The notes under the pieces are model-generated. The model searched no databases, was not told the DNA's origin, and worked only from the letters and a program-made list of their open reading frames with translations. Positions 49,958 to 61,442 of a DNA stretch of 64,000 nucleotides are shown here, piece after piece. A program made the position numbers and the translations under genes. This DNA is from Alphaproteobacteria bacterium (GTDB lineage: Bacteria; Pseudomonadota; Alphaproteobacteria; Rs-D84). Position 1 is the stretch's first letter; each line of letters begins with the position of its first letter. Location: NCBI GenBank assembly GCA_017524525.1, contig JAFXVM010000006.1, positions 24,819 to 88,818 of the forward strand. The letters are read 5' to 3'.

Positions 49958-50515
49958 ATGCGTTTTATTATTTTGATAACATTATGTTTTTCTCTGTTCG
50001 GTTGCAACAGCATATATTTGAAACCCGGCACATTGGACAAATCTCAATTGGTTTATGCGCCACGTGGCGGTTATTCTATGCAAAGAACAATAAAACAAAC
50101 GATGGAAGAACGCGGATACAATGTAAGTATTAGACAATTAGTTCGCGTTTCAGAAGTTTCTGGCAGCGAAACTTATAAAATCCCCAAAGGCGCCAGATAT
50201 GCGGTAAATGTAAAAGAACGCAGCGAAAAATTACGACCACTTTGGTGTATATTTAATGGATTTTGGTGGTGGAGTTTTAATGTCTCTGTCATAGATAGAA
50301 GCAACAACAGTGAAATTTTAACTTGGCGGGGACGCGGATGTCAAAACAGTTCTTTGCGTAAATTAAAGTCTGTTTTGGATGAATTAGAAATGAAAGAAGC
50401 CGCCCCAACCCAAAAACCAAAACAAATTCGCAAAAAGCCAGTTCAACCCGGTTCTGCGGTTTTAGCCCCACAAAAACCAAAGCAAGAATTATTGATTTTG
50501 GCACAACCAAAATAA
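49958..50515 (+). CDS. hypothetical lipoprotein
   Basis: LITLCFSLFGCNS lipobox. 185 aa with a Pro/Lys-rich tail. Confidence 0.5.
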   Translation: MRFIILITLCFSLFGCNSIYLKPGTLDKSQLVYAPRGGYSMQRTIKQTMEERGYNVSIRQLVRVSEVSGSETYKIPKGARYAVNVKERSEKLRPLWCIFNGFWWWSFNVSVIDRSNNSEILTWRGRGCQNSSLRKLKSVLDELEMKEAAPTQKPKQIRKKPVQPGSAVLAPQKPKQELLILAQPK

Positions 50516-50652
50516 AAAATCACCGCCCAATCGGGCGGTGGTTTTATTTCAATAAACTTTTCGAAAGTTCACGTTTTAATTTTTGTATTTTCTGTAAATC
50601 TTTATCAACCAAATATTCCGCAAATTCTGCGATTGTCATTGGCTGTTTCTTA

Positions 50653-51273
50653 TTAGTCTTTGTTTGCATATTCACAGAAACCTTCGTTAGTATCGCAACG
50701 TGAAATTACACCTTCGCTGATAAAGTATCCTTTGGTATGAAGACATGCTGGGCATACTTCTGGTGCTTCGGTTCCAATGTGCCAATTGCCACAATTTGTG
50801 CAACGCCACATTACGATTTTATCAGATTTGAACAATGTTCCGTTTTCAATTGCTTCTGCCAGCGCACGAAATCTTGATTCATGATAACGTTCTGCATAGC
50901 CAATGTTTTTCAATACTTCTGCAATAGCGGTAAAGCCTTCTTGGGCAGCAATTTGTGCAAACTTTGGATACATATCTGTATTTTCTTCGTGTTCGCCGTA
51001 TGCAGCCGCTTTTAAATTTTCCAAAGTGTCACCAATTTTGCCCGCAGGGAAAGCCGCTGTAATTTCTACTTCGCCACCTTCCAAATATTTAAACAAGCGT
51101 TCTGCGTGTTCTTTTTCTTGGGCGGCTGTTTCTTCGAAAATTTTTCCAATTGCCTCAAAACCGTCTTTTTTAGCCTGGGACGCAAAGAATGTATAACGAT
51201 TACGTGCCTGAGATTCCCCAGCAAATGCAATTAATAAATTTTTTTCTGTTTGAGTTCCTTTTAACGATACCAT
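50653..51273 (-). CDS. rubrerythrin (ferritin-like diiron domain + C-terminal rubredoxin-like CxxC..CxxC)
   Basis: E..H diiron ligand spacing (EKEHAERLF, GEHEENTD) and a C-terminal CTNCGNWH...CPAC. The start is the ATG at 51273, preceded by AAAGGAG. Confidence 0.8.
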   Translation of the reverse strand: MVSLKGTQTEKNLLIAFAGESQARNRYTFFASQAKKDGFEAIGKIFEETAAQEKEHAERLFKYLEGGEVEITAAFPAGKIGDTLENLKAAAYGEHEENTDMYPKFAQIAAQEGFTAIAEVLKNIGYAERYHESRFRALAEAIENGTLFKSDKIVMWRCTNCGNWHIGTEAPEVCPACLHTKGYFISEGVISRCDTNEGFCEYANKD

Positions 51274-51337
51274 TTTATGTTTCTCCTTTGTTGTATCTCG
51301 ATACGATTTTATCAAAACAGGCGCAAAAAATCAAAAG

Positions 51338-53340
<2,003 letters not shown>

Positions 53341-53362
53341 TAATAAATAAAAAGGAAAAAAA

Positions 53363-53596
53363 ATGTTTGGAAAAATAAAAAAAATATTCTTCACAGGTAT
53401 TTTCGGTGTGTTGTATATCTCTTATATTGCTCAATTTATTTATGTGTTAGCATTTCTTGAAAACTGCCAAGAACAAATTATTGGTTTGGCATTGTTGTCT
53501 GTTGAATGGTTGGTTTTGATTGCTGCACGTTATTTGTCTAAAAGAGCAAGCAACGGAACCCAGAATTTCAACAACGGTGGTTTTCGTCGTCGTTAA
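53363..53596 (+). CDS. small hypothetical membrane protein
   Basis: 77 aa with two hydrophobic helices and a basic C-terminus. Confidence 0.4.
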   Translation: MFGKIKKIFFTGIFGVLYISYIAQFIYVLAFLENCQEQIIGLALLSVEWLVLIAARYLSKRASNGTQNFNNGGFRRR

Positions 53597-53686
53597 TAAG
53601 TAAGAAACTTCTTCAATCCCCTGCAATTGCTGGGGATTTTTTTATATCTTGAAAAACGATTAAAATACTTTATATTTAAGAGTGCT

Positions 53687-55444
53687 ATGAAAGAATTTAT
53701 TTTACCTGTTCGTGATTTGGTCGTTCATCCGGGCTTAACAGTGCCGGTGTTCGTTGACAGTCCTTTGTCTATTGCATGCATAGAAGCCGCAACCAAAGAC
53801 AAAAAAAGATTGGTTTTATGCGCACAACACAGTTGGTCTTATCCATCAAGTGCTGAACAATTATTTCCTGTTGGAACCATTGGCGATATTGCCCAGGTTT
53901 TACACATGCCAGATGGTGCAATTCACGCCATAATTCAAACTACTGATGTTGTAAATTTATCCAATATATCTGTGGAAAAAGGTATTTTTTCTGGCGATAT
54001 AGACTTGGTACCAATTTTAGACGATTCGAATTTTGAACAAACTTTGGCTTTGCGCGACAAGGTGACTGAAAGTATGCGTATGTTGTCTTCAAGCCGAAAA
54101 TTCAAGGTTGAAAAACTTCACGCTGTTATACAAAATTATCCTATTGCTGCGTTTGTTGATGCTGTAATTCAAATGGCAGACATAGATACAGATGTTGCCG
54201 TAGATATTTTAAAAATGAAGACTTGGCGCGAAAAATTAATTGCTTTGCTGGAACAGATTATGCTGGCAATTGAAACAGAAAAGATTGAAACCAACATTAA
54301 TCGTCGCGTTCAAATGCAGATGGAAAACGGACAAAGACAGGCTATATTACAAGAAAAAATGCGCGCTATTCAAAAAGAAATGGGCGATGATGACGAAGAA
54401 AACGACACTTTGAGCATACGCAAGAAAATAGAAAAATCTGCCATGCCGAGTGATGCAAAAGAAAAAGCGATGGCAGAATTTAAACGCATGCGCACTATGT
54501 CACCTATGTCCCAAGAAGGTGGCTTATTAAAAACTTATATTGAAGAATTATTATCTATGCCGTGGGATAAATCTTCCCAGGCGCCAATTGATTTGAAAAA
54601 TGCACGTGATATTTTAGACGCTGAACATTCCGGAATGAACGCCGTGAAAGAGCGTATTCTGGAACACATTGCCGTAATGAAAAAGACTGGAAAAAATCGT
54701 GGCAGCATACTTTGTTTTGTTGGTGCACCGGGTGTCGGCAAAACTTCACTTTGCAAATCTATTGCAAGCGCATTGTCGCGCAAATATTGCAGAATATCTT
54801 TGGGTGGTATATCTGATGAATCTCATTTTCGCGGACACAGAAAAACCTATATTGGCGCACAATGTGGACGCATTATGGACGCACTTAAAAGATGTAAAAC
54901 TAATAATCCTGTGATTGTATTAGACGAAATCGATAAAATGGGGCGCGATTGGCGCGGTGACCCTGAATCTGCATTGTTGGAAATACTGGACCCAGAACAA
55001 AACAAGACTTTCCGCGACCATTATTTGGAAGTAGATTTTGATTTGTCTAATATTTTGTTTATTGCAACTTCAAATTCTTTGAATATGTCTTCGGCGTTAA
55101 AAGATCGTATGGAAATCATCGAAATTCCTGGTTACAGCGAAGATGAAAAGGTTAAAATTGCTCGCGAACATTTGATTAAACGCGCTGCAGACGATACTGG
55201 CTGGGATGTAAATAATATTAATATTGCTGATGATGGCATAAGGTATATTATTCGTAATTTTACCAGCGAACAAGGTGTGCGCGAATTACAACGCGAAATC
55301 GCTTCGTTGTTGCGTCGCAGTTTATTACAAAACGATGGGATAGATGTAAAAACAGATTTCACAATTGATAAAATAGACGAATTGTTATCTGTTCATCAAA
55401 ACGCTAATATGACAAACAAAATCGGCTTTAGCGCACGGTTATAA
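53687..55444 (+). CDS. Lon-like ATPase: Lon N-terminal (LAN) domain + AAA+ module, lacking the C-terminal serine-protease domain
   Basis: FILPVRDLVVHPGLTVPVF (LAN), GAPGVGKTS Walker A, VLDEIDKMG Walker B, sensor GVRELQREI. The protein ends ~590 E. coli-equivalent residues in, and tsaB starts 14 nt later. Confidence 0.75.
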   Translation: MKEFILPVRDLVVHPGLTVPVFVDSPLSIACIEAATKDKKRLVLCAQHSWSYPSSAEQLFPVGTIGDIAQVLHMPDGAIHAIIQTTDVVNLSNISVEKGIFSGDIDLVPILDDSNFEQTLALRDKVTESMRMLSSSRKFKVEKLHAVIQNYPIAAFVDAVIQMADIDTDVAVDILKMKTWREKLIALLEQIMLAIETEKIETNINRRVQMQMENGQRQAILQEKMRAIQKEMGDDDEENDTLSIRKKIEKSAMPSDAKEKAMAEFKRMRTMSPMSQEGGLLKTYIEELLSMPWDKSSQAPIDLKNARDILDAEHSGMNAVKERILEHIAVMKKTGKNRGSILCFVGAPGVGKTSLCKSIASALSRKYCRISLGGISDESHFRGHRKTYIGAQCGRIMDALKRCKTNNPVIVLDEIDKMGRDWRGDPESALLEILDPEQNKTFRDHYLEVDFDLSNILFIATSNSLNMSSALKDRMEIIEIPGYSEDEKVKIAREHLIKRAADDTGWDVNNINIADDGIRYIIRNFTSEQGVRELQREIASLLRRSLLQNDGIDVKTDFTIDKIDELLSVHQNANMTNKIGFSARL

Positions 55445-55458
55445 AAAGGGCTTCATAA

Positions 55459-55989
55459 ATGATTTTAATCATTAATACTTCGGGAAATGGCATAGATTTG
55501 GTATTAGAAGACAAATCTATGCATATGGACGCACAAAAGCAAGCCATCGGTTTGCCGAATGCAGTTAATGATTTTATGAAACAAAACAACACAGATATGA
55601 AAGATTTGTCAGCTATTGGTGTTATTGTGGGGCCGGGGTCTTTTACTGGTATTCGTATGGGTATTGCATACGCCAAGGGGTTAGGCATCGGGTTAAACAT
55701 TCCGGTAATACCTGTTAATCTTTTTGAATTATACCTTTATGAAAATCCAGATGCTTTTGTAGCAATCGATTCTGGTCGTGGTGATTTCTTTGTCGCTTCA
55801 AAAATACACGAACCAGGAACAATGACTATTGATGAAGTAGAAACAGAACAAATGAAATGTCCATCAACAGTTGGTCACAAACCATATAATTTATTATTTG
55901 CAAAAAACATAGTTGAAAACAAAATTAAAAACGGTGATTTACAACCTGCGATACCAATGTATTTGCGCCCCAGTTATGCCGAAAAATAA
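55459..55989 (+). CDS. tsaB: tRNA threonylcarbamoyladenosine biosynthesis protein TsaB (YeaZ)
   Basis: VIVGPGSFTGIRMGIAYAKGL signature. 176 aa. Confidence 0.8.
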   Translation: MILIINTSGNGIDLVLEDKSMHMDAQKQAIGLPNAVNDFMKQNNTDMKDLSAIGVIVGPGSFTGIRMGIAYAKGLGIGLNIPVIPVNLFELYLYENPDAFVAIDSGRGDFFVASKIHEPGTMTIDEVETEQMKCPSTVGHKPYNLLFAKNIVENKIKNGDLQPAIPMYLRPSYAEK

Positions 55990-56005
55990 AAAAGAGATAG
56001 CAGAT

Positions 56006-56332
56006 ATGGCATTAGATATAAAACAAACAAAAAAATTGATAAAAGCTAAAAAAATTTTGAATACAGGTTTTTCCGAAAATGCTTTGTATATAATACTTGA
56101 TACATACAGCAAAAACATTCAATTCAATCTAGAAGAACATACTTTTTATACAGAGTACCCATTTAAAATAAAAAGCAGTACAGTAGACATTGCGGTTGAA
56201 AAAAATGTTTTTCATTTTGTGTCTTTATGGATGCGTAGCAACAACAGAGTTATTCTTAACCAAGCAAACACAAAATTGGCAGAAAAAATTTTTCTTTACA
56301 TGGAACAATTATACAATAATCAACATCGTTAA
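56006..56332 (+). CDS. hypothetical protein
   Basis: ORF between tsaB and rimI. Start taken at the ATG at 56006. Confidence 0.4.
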   Translation: MALDIKQTKKLIKAKKILNTGFSENALYIILDTYSKNIQFNLEEHTFYTEYPFKIKSSTVDIAVEKNVFHFVSLWMRSNNRVILNQANTKLAEKIFLYMEQLYNNQHR

Positions 56333-56335
56333 ACA

Positions 56336-56722
56336 ATGTTTACTGAACTCGCAAATCTTCATCAAAAATGTTTTCCGAACAAGCCATGGTCGGCAGATGA
56401 TTTTCGTGATTTGAAAAATTCTGGATGCGAAATTATTATGTCTGAAAACGGCTTTATTGTATATCGAATTGTGGTGGACGAAGCAGAGATAATAACCATC
56501 GGTGTTAACCCCGATTTTAGACGCCAAGGTATCGCTGCTGCTATGATTGGAATTATTGAAAAAACACTCAAAAATCAAGGTGTTAAAAAAATATTTTTAG
56601 AAGTTGCTTCAAACAATATACCTGCCCAAAAATTATATGAAAATTCTGGGTTTGTTCAAGTTGGTTTGCGCCCTAAATACTATGATGGTGTGGACGCAAT
56701 TTTAATGTCAAAAGACATCTAA
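56336..56722 (+). CDS. rimI: ribosomal-protein-alanine N-acetyltransferase (GNAT)
   Basis: GNAT motif A RRQGIAAAMIGIIEKTLKNQG. Conserved tsaB-rimI linkage. Confidence 0.7.
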   Translation: MFTELANLHQKCFPNKPWSADDFRDLKNSGCEIIMSENGFIVYRIVVDEAEIITIGVNPDFRRQGIAAAMIGIIEKTLKNQGVKKIFLEVASNNIPAQKLYENSGFVQVGLRPKYYDGVDAILMSKDI

Positions 56723-56794
56723 TTTACTCAATAAATTTGTTGACAAATTATTTTTTACTGCTACTATACTCCTAAATAAGAAACAGGTAAAAAC

Positions 56795-57181
56795 ATGCCA
56801 CGCAGATACATTTATGAAAAACAACTTTTTGATATTGCAAAAGACAAACTTGGCAAAATGCCAGGGTGGAAAGAACAGAAAAAATACATCACTCCTGACA
56901 CAATAATTTCATCCAAAGAAATGGATGTTATTTTCCAAGCCTTGTTAAAAGATACCAATTTAACAGACACATTTAATGGCGAAAAAAATTCGTTTTATGC
57001 ACACCATTTATATTATTCTCTTTATGCACATAGTCACAACGGTCCTGTTTCTAAAATTTTACATGTGTTTGAAAGCATGTTTGGCAAACAATTAAAATCA
57101 GTTTATCGTTATGTGCATCCAGTATACATAAGATGCCCTGCGATAAAACAAATTCGCAATATGAAAATTGCTATTCGCTAA
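56795..57181 (+). CDS. hypothetical protein
   Basis: 128-aa ORF with no recognisable motif. Confidence 0.4.
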   Translation: MPRRYIYEKQLFDIAKDKLGKMPGWKEQKKYITPDTIISSKEMDVIFQALLKDTNLTDTFNGEKNSFYAHHLYYSLYAHSHNGPVSKILHVFESMFGKQLKSVYRYVHPVYIRCPAIKQIRNMKIAIR

Positions 57182-58442
57182 TAAAATCCAGAATTCTTTG
57201 GTCAAAAATAATATCGCGCGCCGTCAAAGGTTTAACAATATGCATATCGTTTGCCGAACGCGTACGCGACAAAGCAACATAAGTTTGTCCATGCGCAAAT
57301 GCGCCACGCGAAATATCTATGATAACTTTGCCCAATGTTTTACCTTGGGATTTATGTATTGTCATCGCATAGCCCAACATTAATGGAAACTGTTTATACG
57401 AACCGATTTCGTTTTCGACTATCCTGTCGTTTTCATCACGGGAATATTCTATTTTTTCCCACTTTTCAGGTTTCACAACAACGATATCGTTTTTATTATC
57501 ATCCAATAATTGAACTATGATTTCTTTGGCACCCAGATTTTCCACAATCCCCACAGAGCCATTATGCCATTTATCACCATTTTTTACAAACATAACCAGT
57601 GCGCCCTGCTTTAACTTTAATTCCATAGGGGCTGGTACATCGTTCGCATTAAAATTTCCAGAAAGCGCACCTGTATAAACCATTTCTGGTGCGTTGATTT
57701 GATTTAATTTGTCTGTGTTTATTCTTTCTGCCACTGCACGAAAAGGTGTAATTATAACAGCATTTTTACGAATACTTTCATCGTCTATGTGACATTGATT
57801 AAAAAAGCCTATGGCAGACACATCGTTATCACGCAATTTCATAAGGTTTTGCAGTAAATCATTATCACTTTGGCGATAAACTGTATTAAAATCATATTTT
57901 ATAAAGTTCGCGCGTTTATACACATTAGAATCAAAAAAATAAGCGTTTTTGTGTTCGTATGCTTCTTGGTAATATTGTTCGCTTTCACGAGTTATCACAG
58001 GTGGCAATTGAAACATATCGCCAATAGCGACCACTTGGATACCACCAAAAGGTTCATTATTGTGTCGTGCTTGGCGTGCTAAAATATCAATCGCATCCAA
58101 CAAATCAGGCGCAACCATAGATATTTCATCAATCACCAAAACATCTGTGGCATTTAAGATATTTCGTGGCTTGGCCTTTAATTTCAACAATTCAGGCATA
58201 ATAAAATCGCGTGGTTGAATTTGAAAAAGCGAATGTATTGTTTGCCCCCCAATATTCAAAGCCGAAACCGCCGTTGGACACGCGCAAACTATGCGTTTAG
58301 CAGACGCTGATTTCAAATATTGCACAAAAGTAGATTTTCCAGTTCCCGCCTGCCCCAGAATTAAAATATTAGAATGTGTGCGTTCGATAGTATTAAACGC
58401 ATCCATTTGATTTTTGTTTAATATTGGAACAATGTCAGGCAT
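57171..58442 (-). CDS. Pif1/RecD-family ATP-dependent DNA helicase
   Basis: ILILGQAGTGKST Walker A and VLVIDEISMV Walker B. 423 aa; the domain order is that of bacterial Pif1-like helicases. Confidence 0.7.
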   Translation of the reverse strand: MPDIVPILNKNQMDAFNTIERTHSNILILGQAGTGKSTFVQYLKSASAKRIVCACPTAVSALNIGGQTIHSLFQIQPRDFIMPELLKLKAKPRNILNATDVLVIDEISMVAPDLLDAIDILARQARHNNEPFGGIQVVAIGDMFQLPPVITRESEQYYQEAYEHKNAYFFDSNVYKRANFIKYDFNTVYRQSDNDLLQNLMKLRDNDVSAIGFFNQCHIDDESIRKNAVIITPFRAVAERINTDKLNQINAPEMVYTGALSGNFNANDVPAPMELKLKQGALVMFVKNGDKWHNGSVGIVENLGAKEIIVQLLDDNKNDIVVVKPEKWEKIEYSRDENDRIVENEIGSYKQFPLMLGYAMTIHKSQGKTLGKVIIDISRGAFAHGQTYVALSRTRSANDMHIVKPLTARDIIFDQRILDFISE

Positions 58443-58535
58443 GACGGTATGGTGGCATAATTTGATATAAAATGCAAGATATGTTAATTTTTAACTTGCA
58501 AGACAATAAAAAAAATATATAATTAGTTTCGCTGT

Positions 58536-58612
58536 GGGTTAGTAGCTCAGTTGGTTAGAGCGGAGCGCTCATAACGCTTTGGTCGTGGGTTCGAGTCCTA
58601 CCTAACCCACCA
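58536..58612 (+). tRNA. tRNA-Met (anticodon CAU; elongator-type acceptor stem, could alternatively be lysidine-modified tRNA-Ile2)
   Basis: Acceptor GGGTTAG/CTAACCC, anticodon loop CTCATAA, T-loop TTCGAGT, CCA encoded. Confidence 0.8.
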
Positions 58613-58651
58613 TCCGTCTTCGCTGATGCAAAGACGCGATAGGTACAAATA

Positions 58652-58684
58652 AAAACGCCGCCTGATTTGGCGGTTGTTTTTTTA
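58652..58684. terminator. bidirectional terminator
   Basis: aaaacgccgcctgatttggcggttgttttttt. Confidence 0.6.
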
Positions 58685-59146
58685 ATATATTATTTTATTT
58701 TTTTGTTTTGCAAAATCATCAAATGTTTTTATTGTTTCTTTGCGATTCAAAGGCTTTAATTTTAACACTTTGGTGTTTTTCAAATTTTTTAGATATTCAT
58801 ACATAAAATCATCACGAAAACCAATATTTGCAGCATCTTGTTTTGTATTTCCGTAATATACTGTTTTTATATTCGCCCATATAATTGCAGACAAACACAT
58901 TGGACAAGGATAACACGAAGTGTATAATTCACATCCGCTTAAATCATAAGATTTAATTTTTGCACATGCTGCACGTATAGCCATTATTTCTGCATGTGCA
59001 GTTGGGTCATTATTTTTTATAACACAATTTGATGCACGACCGATTATTTTGCCATTTTTAACGACAACTGCGCCAAAAGGTCCGCCATCGTGTGTTTTAA
59101 GATTTCTTTCTGCTAATTTTTTTGCACTTGCCATATATATATTCAT
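58682..59146 (-). CDS. nucleoside deaminase (TadA/guanine deaminase family, CDA fold)
   Basis: HAEIMAI and PCPMC zinc ligand motifs. 154 aa. Confidence 0.7.
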   Translation of the reverse strand: MNIYMASAKKLAERNLKTHDGGPFGAVVVKNGKIIGRASNCVIKNNDPTAHAEIMAIRAACAKIKSYDLSGCELYTSCYPCPMCLSAIIWANIKTVYYGNTKQDAANIGFRDDFMYEYLKNLKNTKVLKLKPLNRKETIKTFDDFAKQKNKIIY

Positions 59147-59230
59147 ATCTTTTTCCCTAGGTTTACAAACATTATATCACAAAAAGCAAATTTATTTGAT
59201 ATTTTTTGTTGATACGATAAAATAGTCTTT

Positions 59231-60379
59231 ATGAAAACTTATGATACCATTATTGTTGGTTGTGGGGCGGCTGGGTTAATGGCAGCAACACAATTGGTCA
59301 GGCGCAAAAAATCTGTATTGATTCTTGATATGGGGGACGCCCCCGCGCGCAAAGTCGCAATTTCTGGGGGTAGTAAATGCAATTTTACAAATATGCGCGC
59401 CGATTATACGCACTATTTCGGTAAAAACCCGCGGTTTGTTATGTCGGCACTTGCACAGTTTTCACCACGCGATACATTAAATTGGGCGAAATCACATAAC
59501 ATAAAATATATCGAAAAAGAAACTGGGCGATATTTTTGTCGTGATGGTGCCAAAGATGTTTTAAACGCACTTTTAAGCGACATAAAAAACACCCCGATAA
59601 AATACAATACTAATGTGATTGATGTTGAAAAAGAAAATGATTTTTTCACGATAAAAACAACCAATGGTGATTTTTATTCGCAATCTGTTATTATTGCAAC
59701 AGGCGGCATTTCGTACCCGCATTTACAGGTGTCAAATATCGGTCAAATGATTGCTAAAAAATTCAATCATAAGATAGAACCGCCCCGCCCCGCACTTTGC
59801 GCAATAAAAACCAAAGCATTTGATTCTGCACTTTCTGGTATATCTTTGGGGGCGGAAATCATTGTTGATAAACACAAAATTGTTGATGATTTATTGTTTA
59901 CTTATTTTGGAATTGGGGGGCCGGCGGTTTATCGTGCAACTTTGATAAATCCAAAAGAAATGATTATAAATTTTGCACCAGATACGGACGTTTTTGAATT
60001 CTTGAAAAACGCAAAACAAACGAACGGCAAAAAATCTGTGACCAAGGTGGCGGCTGAAATTTTACCAAATAAATTGGCGCACTTTTTGTGCGAAGACGCG
60101 CGAAACATTGCAGATTTTAAAGATAGCGAATTAAAACAAATCGCAGCTAAGATAAATCATTTTGAAATCACGGACGGCACAGCGATTGGATTTACAAGCG
60201 CCGAAGTAATGATGGGTGGCATATCTGTTGATAAAATATCATCAAAGACGATGGAATCAAAGATTTGTCCAGGTTTATTTTTCGCTGGCGAAGTTATGGA
60301 TATAACTGGCGATTTGGGTGGATTTAATATTCAATGGGCATTCAGCAGCGGTTTTGTCGCAGGAAAAAATGCGGGATAA
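59231..60379 (+). CDS. NAD(P)/FAD-dependent oxidoreductase (HI0933/YhiN-like, BaiN/RdsA family)
   Basis: N-terminal dinucleotide-binding IIVGCGAAGLMAA. 382 aa, with a family-typical C-terminus GEVMDITGDLGGFNIQWA. Confidence 0.7.
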   Translation: MKTYDTIIVGCGAAGLMAATQLVRRKKSVLILDMGDAPARKVAISGGSKCNFTNMRADYTHYFGKNPRFVMSALAQFSPRDTLNWAKSHNIKYIEKETGRYFCRDGAKDVLNALLSDIKNTPIKYNTNVIDVEKENDFFTIKTTNGDFYSQSVIIATGGISYPHLQVSNIGQMIAKKFNHKIEPPRPALCAIKTKAFDSALSGISLGAEIIVDKHKIVDDLLFTYFGIGGPAVYRATLINPKEMIINFAPDTDVFEFLKNAKQTNGKKSVTKVAAEILPNKLAHFLCEDARNIADFKDSELKQIAAKINHFEITDGTAIGFTSAEVMMGGISVDKISSKTMESKICPGLFFAGEVMDITGDLGGFNIQWAFSSGFVAGKNAG

Positions 60380-60399
60380 CCCCATCGCCCTGCCAGCAT

Positions 60400-61440
60400 C
60401 CCACATTATAATTCTTGACTCTTATTCCAGAGTGTTGTCATTGCGAGGAACAAAATTATCAACCAAGCTTGCTGTTATTAATTTTGTGACGTGGCAATCC
60501 AGATTAATTATGTGTTTGGCTTTGCCAAACTACTTTTTTATTTACCCGAAGTCTCGGCGTAGCGAAGCGAAGACGGATGGATGCTCACGCTTCGCTCAGC
60601 ATGACAACCCTTCGTTAAAACTTCGGGTCGCAAGCACAGTACTGCAAAAACAAAAAACCGGTCACGCTGACAAGCAGTAGGTTTCAAAAGTGCTAACGCA
60701 TTGAAACCGTCACGATTGCCGCGCAGTCACGGCGCATTTATGCGACGGACGAGCGAAAACGAAAATACACAATTAGAAAAATCATAAAAATGGAGTTTTT
60801 TATCTAACGAATTTTTATAGATTTTTATTATTGCGTATCGAGGCGGACGGTTTTCTTTCTTGGGGAAAGAAACTTTATTGAGGCGGAAACTTTTGGCTGA
60901 TTATTTTTCCAACCCTCCCCCGGCACTTCGTGCCACCCCCTCCTAAGGGGGAATTTTAATATTCTCCCCTTGGGGGGGAGTACGGTCACAGACCGGGAGG
61001 GAGGTTATTATTCTCTCACGGGAGGCGGAATTAAAAAAAACACCCCGGATGGGGTGTATTTATTTGGTTAAGGAAGGGAAAAAACCAAATCTTTTATGAA
61101 GTGCTTTCGGCACCAATCTTGTTGGGTTTTCGGGATGATTTTTTATACCTTTTTACCCTTTTATACTGTCATTATATCACACTTTTTTCAATAATCAAAA
61201 TTTTCTTTAAAAAAATTTTGGGGTGGGAAAACCTTCCCCGCCTAAGGGGGAATTTTTATTATTCTCCCTTTGGGGGGAGTACGGTCGAAGACCGGGAGGG
61301 ATGTTTCCAGATAATTCAAAACTTGTGAACCCTCCCCCGTCTGCTACGCATCCACCCCCTCCTAAGGGGGAATTTTAGTCTGCAACAAAAAACCGTCCCC
61401 ACACTACCAAGGACGGTTTTCGTTTATCAAGGCTGAAACT
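60400..61440. repeat. intergenic cluster of GC-rich palindromic elements (two copies of unit A ~50 bp and two of unit B ~70 bp, plus an 83-nt nested hairpin at 60545..60627)
   Basis: Unit A is aaccctcccccg-N13-ccaccccctcctaagggggaatttta at 60911-60957 and 61329-61378. Unit B is attctccc(c/t)ttggggg(g)gagtacggtc(a/g)(c/a)agaccgggaggga at 60961-61003 and 61261-61302. Ends are inverted: CCCTCCCCCGG...CCGGGAGGG. Confidence 0.75.
61388..61425. terminator. terminator hairpin downstream of the minus-strand CWC gene
   Basis: aaaaaaccgtccccacactaccaaggacggttttcg. Confidence 0.5.
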
Positions 61441-61442
61441 TT

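Noticed and set aside
60318-60680. 120-aa ORF extending from the oxidoreductase stop into the palindromic repeat region
   Set aside because: No RBS. It crosses a long hairpin and GC-rich repeats and is likely non-coding.
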